Origin: Vicugna vicugna
Lineage: Eukaryota
Assembly: GCA_013265495.1 (NCBI GenBank)
Contig: MU061579.1
Location: 6,672,124-6,736,123, forward strand
Reading direction: 5' to 3'
Length of the DNA stretch: 64,000 nt
The notes beneath the pieces are model-generated. The model saw only the letters and a list, made by a program, of their open reading frames with translations. It did no database searches and was not told the origin of the DNA. Numbering within the stretch: position 1 is the first letter of the stretch; each line of letters opens with the position of its first letter. The position numbers were made by a program, and so were the translations under genes. Shown piece after piece: positions 1 through 11,405 of this stretch.

Positions 1-708
1 CAACGCAAGTCCATCAAAAGAGTCCAAATTTTGTTTGCCCAAAGGAAAGACTAAGAGTGTATACAGGTACACATCAGAGATATTGCAGGTTCTGTCCCAA
101 GACTATCACAATAAAATGAATATTGCAATAAGTGAGTCACATGAACTTCGAACTTTTGATTTTCCAATGCCTATAAAACTTATATTTACACTATACTGTA
201 GTTTATTAAGTGTGCAATAGCATTCTGTCTAAAAAATAAACATATTAATTGAGAAATACTTTATTATTAAAAGATGCTAACCATCACCTGAGGCTTCAGC
301 GAGTCATACTCTTTTGCTGGTGAAGGGTATTGCCCTGATGTTGATGGTCAGAGTGGTGACTGATCAAAGTGGTTGTTGCTGAAGGTTGGGGTGGCTCTGG
401 TGATTTCTTCAATAAGATAACTATGAAGTTTGTTGCATCAATTGACTCTTCCTTTCACAAATGATTTATCTGTAGCATGCAATGCTGTTTGACAGCATTT
501 TATCCATAGAACTTCTTTCAAAATTGGAGTTAATCTGCTCACATCCTGCTACTGCTTTATCAACTAAATTTATGTAATATTCTAAGTCTTTTGTTGTCAT
601 TTCAACAGTCTTCACAGCATCTTCACCAGATGCTGTGCTTTCTTTGCTCTTCCATAAGAAGCAATTCCTCGTCCGTTAAATTTTGATTATGAGATTGCAA
701 CAATTCAG

Positions 709-1800
709 TCACATCTCAGGCTCCACTTCTAATTCTAGTTCTCTTGCTATTTCTACCACATCTGCAGTTACTTCCTCCACGGAAGTCTTGACTCCCTCAA
801 AGTCATCCATGAGAATTGGTATCAGCTTCTCCCAAACTCCTGTTATTGTTGATATTTTGACCTCCTCCCATGTATAATGAATTGTCTTAATGGCATCAAG
901 AATGGTGAATCCTTGCCAGAAGATTTTATATTGAATTTTCCCAGATTTATCAGAGGAATCACTATCTACAGTGGCAACTCTAGCCTTACAAAATATATTT
1001 CTTAAATAATAAGACCTGAAAATCAAAATGACTCCTAGATTCATGGGCTGCAGAATAGATTTTGTGTTAGCAAACATGAAAACAACATAAGAATTGCATT
1101 GTACATCTCCATCAGAGCTCTTGGGTGACCATGTGCTTTGTCAATGAGCAGTAATATTTTGAAAGAAACCTTTTTTCCCCCTGGGAAGTAGATCTCAATA
1201 GTGGGCTTAAAATACTCAGTAAACCATGTTGTAAACAGATGTGCTGCCATTCAGGCTTTTTTTTCCATTCGTTCCATTTATAGAGCACAGGCAGAGTAGA
1301 TTGAGAATAACTCTTAAGGACCATAGGATTTTTGGAACAGTAAATGAAGACTGGATTCAACTTAAAGCCACCAGCTGAATTAGCCCCTAACAACAGAGTC
1401 AGCCTATCCTTTGCAGCTTTGAAGCCAGGCATTGACTTCTCCCTAGCTATGATAGTCCTAGATGGCATCTTCTTCCAATATAAGGTTGTTTCATCTACAC
1501 TGGGAATTTATTGTTTAGTGTGGCCATCTTTATTAATTACCTTAGCTAGATCTGGATAAGTTGCTGCAGCTTCTATATCAGCACTTGCTGCTTCACCTTG
1601 CACTTTTATGCTATGGGGACAGCTTCTTTCCTAAGCCTCACAAACCAGCCTCTGCTAGCTTCAAACTCTTCTGCAGCTTCCTCACCTCTCTCAGCCTTCA
1701 CAGAATTGAAGAGAGCTAGGGCCCTGCTCTGAATTAGCCTTTGACTTAAGGGAACATTGTGGCTGGTCTGATCTAGCCAGACCACTAAGACTTTCTCCAT
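709..1800 (-). pseudogene. Fragmented Tigger1 DDD transposase (CENP-B-like HTH plus DDE_1 domain), multiple frameshifts and stops
   Basis: ORF pieces 1606-1800, 1112-1468, 1041-1250 and 709-1077 are colinear but broken by frameshifts and stops. There is a stop codon just upstream of VDET, and the third catalytic motif QPMD reads QPMN. Confidence 0.9.
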
Positions 1801-2412
1801 ATCAGCAATAAGGTTATTTCACTTTCCAATCATCTGTGTGTTCACTGCAGTAATGCTTTTAATTTTCTTCAAGAAGTTTTCCTTTGCATTCGCAACTTGG
1901 TTAAGTGTTTGGTGCAAGAGGCCTAAGTTTCAGTCTATCTCAGCCATAAATATGCCTTCCTCACTAAGCTTAATCATTTCTAGCTTTAGATGTAAAGTGA
2001 ACACTTAGAGGACATGGTAGGGTTATTAACTGGCCTAATTTCAATATCACTGTGTCTCTGGGAATAAGGAGGTTTGAGGAGAGGGAGAGAGAAAGGGGAA
2101 GGGTCAAAGGGCCAGTCAAAGGAGCAGGCAGAACACACACACTATTTATCAATTAAATTCACCAGTTGAGCACATTTCATGGTGTCTCCAAACAATTACA
2201 TAGTATCAAATAATATATAATAATAATGAAAAAGTTTGCAAAATTGTGAGAATTACCAAAATGTGACACAGAGACACAAAATGAGCAAGTGCTGTTGGAA
2301 AAGTGGGGCCAAAAGACTTGTTCAATGCAGGGTTGCCACAAATCTTTAATTTATAAAAAACAAAAAACAAAACAAAAAAAAACTTAATACCTACAAAGTA
2401 CCTCCTTTTATT

Positions 2413-2610
2413 TTTTAATTTTTTTTTAATTTTTTATTATTTAAAAAAAATTTTACTGAAGCACAGTCAGTTGCAATGTGTCAATTTCTGGTGTACATCA
2501 CAATGTCCCAGTCATGTATATACATACATATATTTGTTTTCATATTCTTTTTCATTAACAGTTATTATAAGATACTGAACATAGTTCCTGGTGCTACGTA
2601 GAAGAATCTT
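2413..2610 (-). mobile_element. L1 extreme 3' end (about 160 bp) with poly(A) tail; 3' half of a SINE/L1 chimera
   Basis: TGAAGCACAGTCAGTTGCAATGTGTCAATTTCTGGTGTAC...GATACTGAACATAGTTCCTGGTGCTACGTAGAAGAA parallels the L1 3' end at 7500-7755 in this window. T-rich tail at 2413-2455. Confidence 0.85.
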
Positions 2611-2645
2611 TTTTAAATTTTAATTACCTATTATTTAAAAAAAAA

Positions 2646-2764
2646 TTTTTTTGGTGGAGAGGAGGTAATTAGATTTTTTTTTTTTAAATGGAAGTACTGG
2701 GGATTGAATCCAGGACCTTGTGCATGCTAGGCACATACTCTGTCCCTGAGATATACCTTCCCCC
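2646..2764 (-). mobile_element. tRNA-derived SINE, camelid Vic-1-like
   Basis: Minus strand reads GGGGAAGGTATATCTCAGGGACAGAGT...GGTCCTGGATTCAATCCCCAGTACTTCCATTT(A)n CTAATTACCTCC, with degenerate Pol III A and B boxes. Confidence 0.85.
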
Positions 2765-3059
2765 AGCACCTCCTTTTATTAAAGGAGGTATGCCTGCAGT
2801 CAAAGTCTGTAAAAAGCTACTTGGATTAGTCTTCTTATATACTTTCCTCCCTTCTCTATGATTATGTTATGCATTTGGAAAAAAGTTGGTTCATTTTTTT
2901 AAGTTTACTTTCTGGATTTTGTTTCTATTTTTATAATTTAAAGTTCTTTTTTGACTATAAAGAATACTAACATGCTTCCTAAGTCAAGAGTATACAAAAG
3001 CTATATTGAAAAATGTGTCATTTCCTTGACTTTCTTTCTACCCTGCCCCCTCATTTCTC

Positions 3060-4420
3060 GTAGGTAACCAACTTCATTCTACTTTTTTTGACACCTTAGG
3101 TTAACTTTTATAAAGATAACTTTTCTTATTTATTCATATTTCTTAAACAAAAAATAGCATATTACATATACTTCTTTACAGTTTGCTTTTTTAACTTGAA
3201 CAATTGCTCTTTAATTTCTCCTAGAAATGACTCTGAATCAGTACAGAAAAAGCTCTTATTTAATTCTACAGCTATATAATGTTCTGTTGTGTGTAAGCAC
3301 CCTGGTGTATTTAACAAATCTTCTATGTTCAGAAATTTGGGTAGCAGATAACATTTTGCAATTAAAAATAATTACGGAAAGATTATACTTGTACATATGT
3401 ATTTTGATATTTTTGGATATGCATCTCTAAGATAAATTTCCAGAAGTAGGATTTCTAGGACAAAGGGCAGTACATACAATTTTTTTTTAAGATATTGCCA
3501 AATTTCCCTCTGTAGACTTTTATAATTTTTATTCTCACCAGCATGTATACGAGTGTTATTTTCACATATTCTCCACAGTAGAGGCTGTTTTCAAGTTTTA
3601 GAATCTGTATCAATCTGCTGAGTAAGAAATAGTGTCTCAGTGTAATTTTAATTTGTATTTCTCTAATTGTGACCAATGGATATCTTTTCATACGTTTAAA
3701 GATCATATTTAGATTCTTTTTGCTCATTACTCTACAGAACTTGTGTTTTTCCCTCTATTTTTATAAGTTCTTTGTATAATATTTTGCAATTTATGTTGCA
3801 AATTTTTTCTCCCAATTTGTCATTATCTTTTGACTTTTTTGAATACATTTTTTCACACAAAAGTACTCTGTCATTTATATAGTCAAATTTATATGTCTTT
3901 TCTTTTATTGCCTCTGAACTTTGAAGCATAGACTTTCCCTACATTAATTTTTATAGTATTTTTATAGTTTCATTTTTTACATTTAGAACTAATTTTGAAT
4001 TATAAAAGCCTTTCCCTATGCTTCCTTATAGCATTTGTATAGTTTCATTTTTTGCACAGATCATCACTCTTATTTTTACAGTTTTTATTTATACTCTCTT
4101 TTACATGTTTTTACATTTAAATCTTTTTGCTCTTTGTTCTTTTTTAAATTGAGGTATAGTTGATTTCATTTTCAAAATGGCACCACACTTTTCCCAACAT
4201 CATTTATTTGAAAGCCCACCTTTTCCCTAGTGGTTTGATAGTCTACTTTTCTGATATTCTAGTTTTCTGAATGCAGTTGAGTTAATTTGTATTCCTTCTG
4301 TTCTATTTCATCAGTCAGTCTGTCTATTCTTATACAAATACATACTGTTTTAATTATAGAGGCTTTGTAGTTTGTTTTACTATCTGCAGAGTTTGTTCCT
4401 AACCATAACAATGCTGTGTG
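3060..4420 (-). mobile_element. Ancient L1 (L1M/L1ME-like) 3' region, highly diverged
   Basis: T-rich sequence with L1 antisense motifs: GATATTGCCAAATTTCCCTC, ATTCTCACCAGCATGTAT, TTTTCCCAACATCATTTATTTGAA. Confidence 0.7.
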
Positions 4421-4527
4421 ACATGATCTGTGTAAGTAGAAAGCTCAGCTGTTAAGAAGAAACAACATTATAATTTGTCAAATTTTTTTGTCAGTAAGGC
4501 ATGTTTAGTACTTTGTACTCATCAAAC

Positions 4528-5081
4528 TGAAACCAAGCAGGATCCTGTGCAACATTCCCTTACAAATCCTGAGTCCCCCATTTCTTATTTTTGGGAAAAG
4601 GCTTCAGCCTCTTAGACCTTCTCTGAATTTCAAAGGGCAGATTCAAACAGTTACTAATTAGGGAAGTGAAAGTATACAGAAAGAAAGGAAGAGCAGTTAA
4701 GACACAATACTTCAGCGATGAGGCAGGGTCCTGGTTCCTACTCAAGGAATATACATAATACTGTATCTTCGAGTTCTTCTTCAGGAACTAAGGCCCCCAC
4801 CCAGGTGGAGGATGGTAACTTTGGCAGAGCACAAGACTCCTGGAACGTTACACTATTACCTCACCACCATCCAGCTGGAAAAGTCACACACCCTGCAGCC
4901 CTCACCCCAAATTTTGCCTGTAAAAACTTTTCCCTGAAAACCATCAGGGAGTTCAGGTTTTTGAGCACAAGCCACCCATTCTCCTTGCTTGGTCTTGCAA
5001 TAAACCTTTCTCTGCACTGCACTACAACATTTCAGTTTGGCCTCACTGTGCATTGGGCACATGAACCAGTGTTTGACAATA
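4528..5081 (+). mobile_element. Solo LTR, ERV1-like (cetartiodactyl type)
   Basis: Starts TGAAACC and ends ...GACAATA. 4-bp TSD AAAC at 4524-4527 and 5082-5085. GCAATAAACCTTTCTCTG poly(A) signal near 5000. Confidence 0.8.
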
Positions 5082-5223
5082 AAACTTTATTATTTGAATT
5101 TTATTATTATCCATACTCGAAAACAGAATTTGGAAGAGTACTATTTACCACTTATGATTATAGTTTAAAAAGGCATTTTTGAAAGAAGGAAGCTAAAGAT
5201 GGTGTGAAATAAAAGCCATAAAA

Positions 5224-5674
5224 TGTATATTTTATGGCAAGAGAAGAAAAATTTAAACACAAAAAGCTTTTCTCTCCATTGGCCTCCTCTCCCCGCTCTA
5301 CTGTGCATTGGGTATCCGCATTATGTGTATCCTCCTCCATTAGCAAAAATATCTGCTTAACGTAAAGAGCAACATTCTCCTAGAACCAATAAGATAACTC
5401 CTTAAAAGGTAACCTTCCTTCTTGATCTTGTAAGTGGTCGGGATGATCCACCAATTTGTACTTACAGATCTGGATTGTATGAACTGTGAATAATACATCA
5501 TTTAATGTACGGCCCTCAGTTCCAAAAAACTTATATAACTGAGCTTTGACTTCTGATGGGCAGAACAGTTCTCAGAGTTTTCCAAGATGCTGTTCTTGAA
5601 TTTTAATCCTCAATATCACTCAAATAAAATTTTCCATTTCTTTCTTAGATCAATTGATTAATTTTTCATCAGCA
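5224..5674 (+). mobile_element. Solo LTR, ERV1-like, different family from 4528-5081
   Basis: TATATAA box near 5533, AAATAAAATTTT near 5625, LTR-like end ATTTTTCATCAGCA. 5' boundary and TSD unclear. Confidence 0.65.
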
Positions 5675-6239
5675 ATGACAGATATAAAAAGCAACTTTTA
5701 CACAACTTGCTATTACCCACCCACATTGCAAATAAAACTCCAAAGGCAAGTCTTAACAGGTATTAGGATTTTAGTACAAAGCTAGTTCTTAGTTAATGCA
5801 GCTAGTGGTAGCTCCAAAAATAAATAGGCAGAGTTTTGGGGAAAAATGGTTAGGAGGTTGGCATTCCACTTGTACAGTTATCATACTGTTTTAGTTAGTT
5901 TTTATTATTTTTCTTCTAGGTCATATGTTCATTTACACTGGTTGAGGGAGCCTAACAGAGTTCATGGGGTGGGTAGGATGTTGAGAAGAGGGTTTCAATT
6001 TCATTCTTCTTACCCACACACACATCAGAGCACTACCACTAAAAATGAAGTTTCCTTTGAAACTTAGGGATCTAGGGCTTAAGGTGAAATAGAGATAGAG
6101 TAATAGGTAATACATCATTGCAATACTGCTATTGTTTTCAGTCACAAGTGGAAATACTTGTACTGTTCAATTTGGCCACCTCAGGACAATCTGCCACTCC
6201 AACTCTATTCCCTTATTAGACTGTAAACTCTTGAATGCT

Positions 6240-6635
6240 ATATTCATTAGGACACTTTGGATGCCACTGACAGAAAGTCAATACAAACTAGCTTAAGCTA
6301 AAAGGGAATTTATTGACAAATATTCCTGGGAATCCTAGGAGTGGACACTTTAACAATGTAAATCTCCATGTGAATTCAGCGTGCACAAAGTAAACTTGGC
6401 AGGCAAGATGGCTGTCGGTACCGCTAAGCTCACATTATCTTAGTTTAACAACCACAATAGAAAATGCCTCTTTATTTTTCTTTCCATGTGAATCACTGCA
6501 AAAGCCTCTCTGTCTGACCTTGTTTGGCTTATATGCGCATCCTTGGCTCAAGCCATGGTCATATGCCTACTCTGTGTCCTGAAAGGTGATTTCCCCAAGG
6601 AGAAAAGGCTGTCAGACAGAAACAACAGGTCTACT
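6240..6635 (-). mobile_element. Old MaLR (MLT1J/K-like) LTR relic
   Basis: GACAGAAAGTCAATACAAACTAGCTTAAGCTAAAAGGGAATTTATTG and GGCAAGATGGCTG are typical of antisense MLT1. Confidence 0.6.
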
Positions 6636-7490
6636 TCAAAAACCAAGTCAAAACCTGAGTCATCTTTATCCCCCACAGGCCTCTGACCTACCAGATTTTC
6701 GATCAGTGGATGCCAGAGGAGCAAAACAAATTTATTACTGATGAATTTATTTAATATGGACAGAGGCCAATGTAATTTATTGGAAAAAAGAGGTAAAGTG
6801 GAGGCAGAGAAGATTGAAAAGAAGTAAGAGAGTGGATATGAAAAGAATGGAAAAACATTAAAAAGTGGAAAATAAGGTGAACGTGTCTTTACTTTGTTTT
6901 AGATATCTGTACAGAGTCCAGAAAAGCCATAGTAGCTTTATTCATGTGAGAAAGATTTTAAAAGGCATGCAAAATTATTGGTATCACTTTTAGATATCCA
7001 GTACAAAATGCCAGGGAGTTTATACAATTCCTCTCATGACTTGGTTGTTGTTAGCTATGGCATGTCTGTTACATTGTTATATAACCATTGATGTTTTGAT
7101 GGGCAATCCCAGTAGGTTTTGTGAGCATCTGCTAACTATAATCACTGGTGTTTTACATATGAAGATCCTGAAGATAATTAAATTGGAATGCCAAGATTAC
7201 TTAACAATTGCAGGCTAGAACTGTTAGCCAAGCCTATCACCACCAATTTCATCACCCAGTGCTACAATTCTACCATTCCTGTCAAAAGAAAAACATATCA
7301 ACACTGAGGATGTAACATACAAATGTCATATGTGCCCTTCTCTACCTAAATCAACCATTTTTAGCATCATATCCTACAGAAGATGGAAGACAAGGCACAC
7401 ACAAACACACTTTCACAAAAACAAAGCATCACTAAGAGTTGACGACTGACTTGGAGATAAAAAGGTATACATCATATTGCACTATATATA

Positions 7491-7566
7491 TATTTTTTTA
7501 ATTGAAGTACAATCAGTTGCAATTTGTTAATTTCTGGAGTACAGGATAATGTCCCTGTCATGTGTG

Positions 7567-7597
<31 letters not shown>

Positions 7598-7604
7598 ATA
7601 CGTA

Positions 7605-7662
<58 letters not shown>

Positions 7663-8675
7663 GACACACACACACACATATTTGTTTTCTATTCTTTCTA
7701 TTAAAGGTTATTACAAGATATTGAATATAGTCCCCTGTGTTATACAGAGAAATTTGTTTTTTATCTATTTTTATATATAGTGGTTAACATTTGCACATCT
7801 CAAACTCCCAAATTTATCCCTTCCGATCTTCTTTCCTCGGTAACCATAAGATTGTTTACTATGTCTGTGACTCTGTTTCTTTTGTAGATGAATTCATTAG
7901 TGTGCTCTTTTTTCTTTTTCCTTTTTTTTTTTAGATTCCACATATGAGTACCACATGGTATTTTTCTTTCTCTTTCTGGCTTACTTCACTTAGAATGAAG
8001 ATCCTCATATCCAACCATGTTGCTGCAAATGGCATTGTGCTATTCTTTTTTTTTTTATGGCTGAGAAGTATTCCATTGTACAAATATACCACAACTTCTT
8101 TATCCAGTCATCTGTTGATGAACATTTAGGTTGTTTCCATGTCTTGGCTATTGTAAATAGTGCTGCTATGAACACTGGGATGCATATATCTTTTTAAATT
8201 AGAGTTCCCTCCAGACAGTTGCCCAGGAGTGGAACTGCTGGATCATATGGTAAGAATATTTTTAGTTTTTTGAGGACTCTCCATACTGTTTTCCATAATG
8301 GCAGCACCAAACTACATTCCCACCAGCAGTGTAGGAGGTTCCCTTTTCTCTGCACCCTCTCTAGCATTTATCTTTGTGGACTTTTGAATGATGGCCATTC
8401 TGACTGATGTGAGGTGATACCTCATTGTAGTTTTGATTTGCATTTCTCTGATAAATAGTGATATTGAGCATTTTTTCACATTCCTATTGGACAATTGTAA
8501 GCCTTCATTAGAGAATTGCTTGTTTAGGTCTTCTGCCCATTTTTGGATTGAGTTGTTTGTTTTTTTGTTATTCAGTTGTTTGAACTGTTTATATTGGAAA
8601 GTGAGCCTTTGTCAGTCACATCATTTGCAAACATTTTCTCCCATTCCATAGGTTTAGGTTGTCTTTTTGTTTGCT
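7491..8675 (-). mobile_element. 5'-truncated lineage-specific L1 (3' UTR plus ORF2 C-terminus) with TSD
   Basis: TSD TATTGCACTATATATA (7475-7490) / TATTGCACAATATATA (8676-8691). Minus ORF 8312-8494 contains [15 protein letters not shown], the L1 ORF2 C-terminal region. Confidence 0.95.
7561..7679. repeat. Compound microsatellite (TG)n(TA)15(CA)n
   Basis: Read directly; lies inside the L1 3' UTR. Confidence 0.98.
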
Positions 8676-8929
8676 TATTGCACAATATATAACATTCTAC
8701 CAACTTGCCTGCCTCCTCCTCCATCTCTCTCCTCTTTCCTTCTTTTATATCACTGATTGTTATATCTATTTTGCTAAGGAAATCTCTTCCCCTGGAGCCT
8801 AGGCACCATCCCTTACATGCCTTGAAGCATGTCTACCACCTAGAGGTTTATCAAAAACATCTCAGCAAAAGTAAGACTTCAGCTACACGGATTATAGTAC
8901 CTAAACCAAGGGAATACAACTTTTACAAA

Positions 8930-9150
8930 TAATAATAATAAAGAATAACAATATCTTACATTTACTAAGCCAACCATATGTATAGCCAGCCACAGTACCA
9001 AGTATTTTATAGGTTTATTACATTTGATTTTTAGACTATTCTTGTGATGTTGGTGTTGTTATTATCTTTGTTTCTCAGTTGCCTAAGGTCACACAGTAAA
9101 TGCCAGACCTTCAATTTAAACTATAGTTTAATCTAAATCCAATGCCCTGC
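8930..9150 (-). mobile_element. MIR SINE
   Basis: MIR core TTGCCTAAGGTCACACAG plus an AATAATAATA tail-side motif. Confidence 0.7.
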
Positions 9151-10394
9151 TTTTTGTTTTTGTTTTTTGTCCAAAGCAGAGTTTTGGGGTATATTTGGTA
9201 TATGTAATCTAAAAACTGACATAAGAAATCTACATTTTTATTTGAGTTTTCCTGTGCATTTCATTTGAGTCCCTAAGATATTCTGGTTGAAGTGAATAAA
9301 TGGCAAAAGACTTGATCTCTTAATGAAAAAGATAAATATGGTCAAAACACTTTTTACATATATTAGCTCATTTAATTATCACCATAGACCTGTAAGAGAG
9401 GCATTTTTGTAGTGCATTTTACTGGGGAGTAAGTGAAAGAACTAAATCTCTGACTTCTAAACCCAAGCTTATCTTATTCTGCCACAGGAGCTAAATTGGT
9501 TGATGTTATCAACTGAAGCTGAAAGAGAGGTAAAAAAAATTCACCTGGAGGTTGCACTCACAGATGCCTGCTAAAACATCTAGAAGATTTATACATATGT
9601 CTCAGTTGGATCAAAAGAACCTAGGAGAGTAAGGGCTGGAGGATGAATTAATACAAAAAAGCAACTCTCAGGAGCCATGGGGGATGGAACCACCAATTTC
9701 TATTCTTTTACCATGTTTAAAATCCTATTTTTAAATCTCATCTCTCCTGTATAATTTATGCGGGTGAGAAGGAGACATAAATTCCCTTAGAGCAACTAAC
9801 TACTCTTCCAAACTCTTTCTTATATTGGGTTACTTTTCCCTCTAAGACTCTGAAGTTCGTTCTTTTTGACTGAAGAGAGAAAACCAGAAAGTTTAGAGTT
9901 GTTCAATTTCCTTTCTACTATTTATTAATATTATTCCATTGACTTCTTCCCTTTTCTTGTTTTCTTTTTCTCCAACACAACTAAAATGGTTACTACTGCT
10001 ATTATAATTGCTCCAGAGCTCAGATCTGTGGGAAGTACATATTTTGTGTGATCTTGTTACAACAATATAGTCAACTCTATTACTAGAGGTAAGGAGCCTT
10101 TTTTGCCCATGTCCTTTTAAAATTTTAAACACATTTTAGAGCTCCCAGAGTAACAGTACCAATTTTTTAAAGGTAACTCTAATCCTTCTTCTTTGCCTAC
10201 ATCATTCCTAAATAAAAATTAAGTCTCTGAAGCCTCAAAATACTTGGTAAACATCAGCCAGTTACTTGTGGTATGATAGGTAGCAGAGAATAGGATCAAA
10301 TATAGGTAGGGCTCAAACTTGATTTAAGGAAAACAGAAAATGATGGGACAAGTAATAATGATTAGTAAAGTAAATAGTATTGCCACCCATTAGG

Positions 10395-10600
10395 ACTCAA
10401 AAAGCCTGAGTTCAAAATCCATGATGGACATTTAATAGCTATCTGATCTTCCTAAATTGCTAAATTTCTCTCATCCTTAGTTTGTTAATCTGTACTATAG
10501 AAATAAGTAACACCTATTTTCAAAAGTCTTTTGAGGATTAAATCAACTAATGCCTTTGAGACATTTTGAAAAATACCTGATACATATTATAGCACAATAA
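10395..10600 (+). mobile_element. MIR SINE
   Basis: CCTGAGTTCAAAATCC...CTTAGTTTGTTAATCTGTA...TGAGGATTAAAT. Confidence 0.7.
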
Positions 10601-11259
10601 AAGAAATTAGACATTCCAACATAAATATTTGTAGTTGATTATATCAGAATAATAGCTGAAAAGGAATCCCTACAAAGAGGGTAACTGGGTGTCACTCAAC
10701 CCAAGGGGAGAGTCTTTGGGAGGTTCTCTTGGTAAGTTAGTCATTCAGTGCTAGTGTCTACATCCTGCATGTATTTAATTTACTCTCATGATCTCTGAAT
10801 GTTTTATAAAGCCTTCCACTTTCTCCTGAGGCAGACACAGAAAAGTCTTATGAAGAACTGGAGCATAAAAGAGTTAGGGAGTAAATTTTCCTCAGCAACT
10901 AGAGAGTATTAAAGGACCTGTTAGGATGAAGAAAAGACAAGAATAGTCGCTGTCTGAAAAACCTTCCTCTGGGTAACCTCAATTCAACCTACATGTCCAC
11001 TAAGTCTCATGATCCTGGAACAGAGTTACATAAAACTCCATAGAAAGAGAATTCTTCTTTAAAGCCTCTGTAAAAAGGAGGTGAATTATTTATTCTATTT
11101 TTCCCTCGAAGCTGGCTAGCATAAAAGATGTGCTTATAATATTTCTTCTCTAGAATAAGGTCTAAGGAATTGAGTTGAAGCTCTTTCCTATCTTAAGTGT
11201 CCTGTCACAGTACTTCTTCCAGTGGTACTTTTACATTTTTTACCTGATTATTTTATTAC

Positions 11260-11405
11260 TGACTATGCCCCTCATTCAACTAAAAGTGCCAGAAGAGCAG
11301 AAACCCAGTCTGGTTTTGTTTGCCATTTTATTCCCTATACCTTGCATGGTTGTCTTGATACATTATTGATATTCAGTAGATATCTGCAGAATAAATTAAT
11401 GAACT
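11260..11405 (+). mobile_element. L2 3' end relic
   Basis: CAGAAGAGCAGAAACCCAGTCTGGTTTTGTT...TTCAGTAGATATCTGCAGAATAAATTAATGAA. Confidence 0.6.

Larger units (their letters stand above)
64..2796 (-). mobile_element. Tigger1 DNA transposon (Tc1/mariner-pogo), near full length, decayed; interrupted at 2413-2764
   Basis: Left end TA|CAGGTACACATCAGAGATATTGC at 62-86; right end GAGGTATGCCTG at 2785-2796. Minus-strand ORF pieces are pogo transposase: [62 protein letters not shown]. Confidence 0.95.

Noticed and set aside
709..1800. TIGD1-like domesticated transposase gene
   Set aside because: The ORF is broken by frameshifts and stops, a catalytic Asp is lost, and it sits between transposon termini.
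2690..2764. tRNA gene
   Set aside because: The A/B boxes are degenerate, and a SINE-specific tail and TSD are present; it is a SINE.
4718..5182. 154-aa ORF, the longest in the track
   Set aside because: It lies mostly within an LTR and has no recognisable domain; a chance ORF.
4528..5674. Provirus with two LTRs
   Set aside because: The two LTRs are not similar, the first has its own TSD, and there is no PBS, gag or pol between them.
7472..7780. ORFs rich in CV, YI and TH repeats (also at 16566-16896)
   Set aside because: They are translations of dinucleotide microsatellites.
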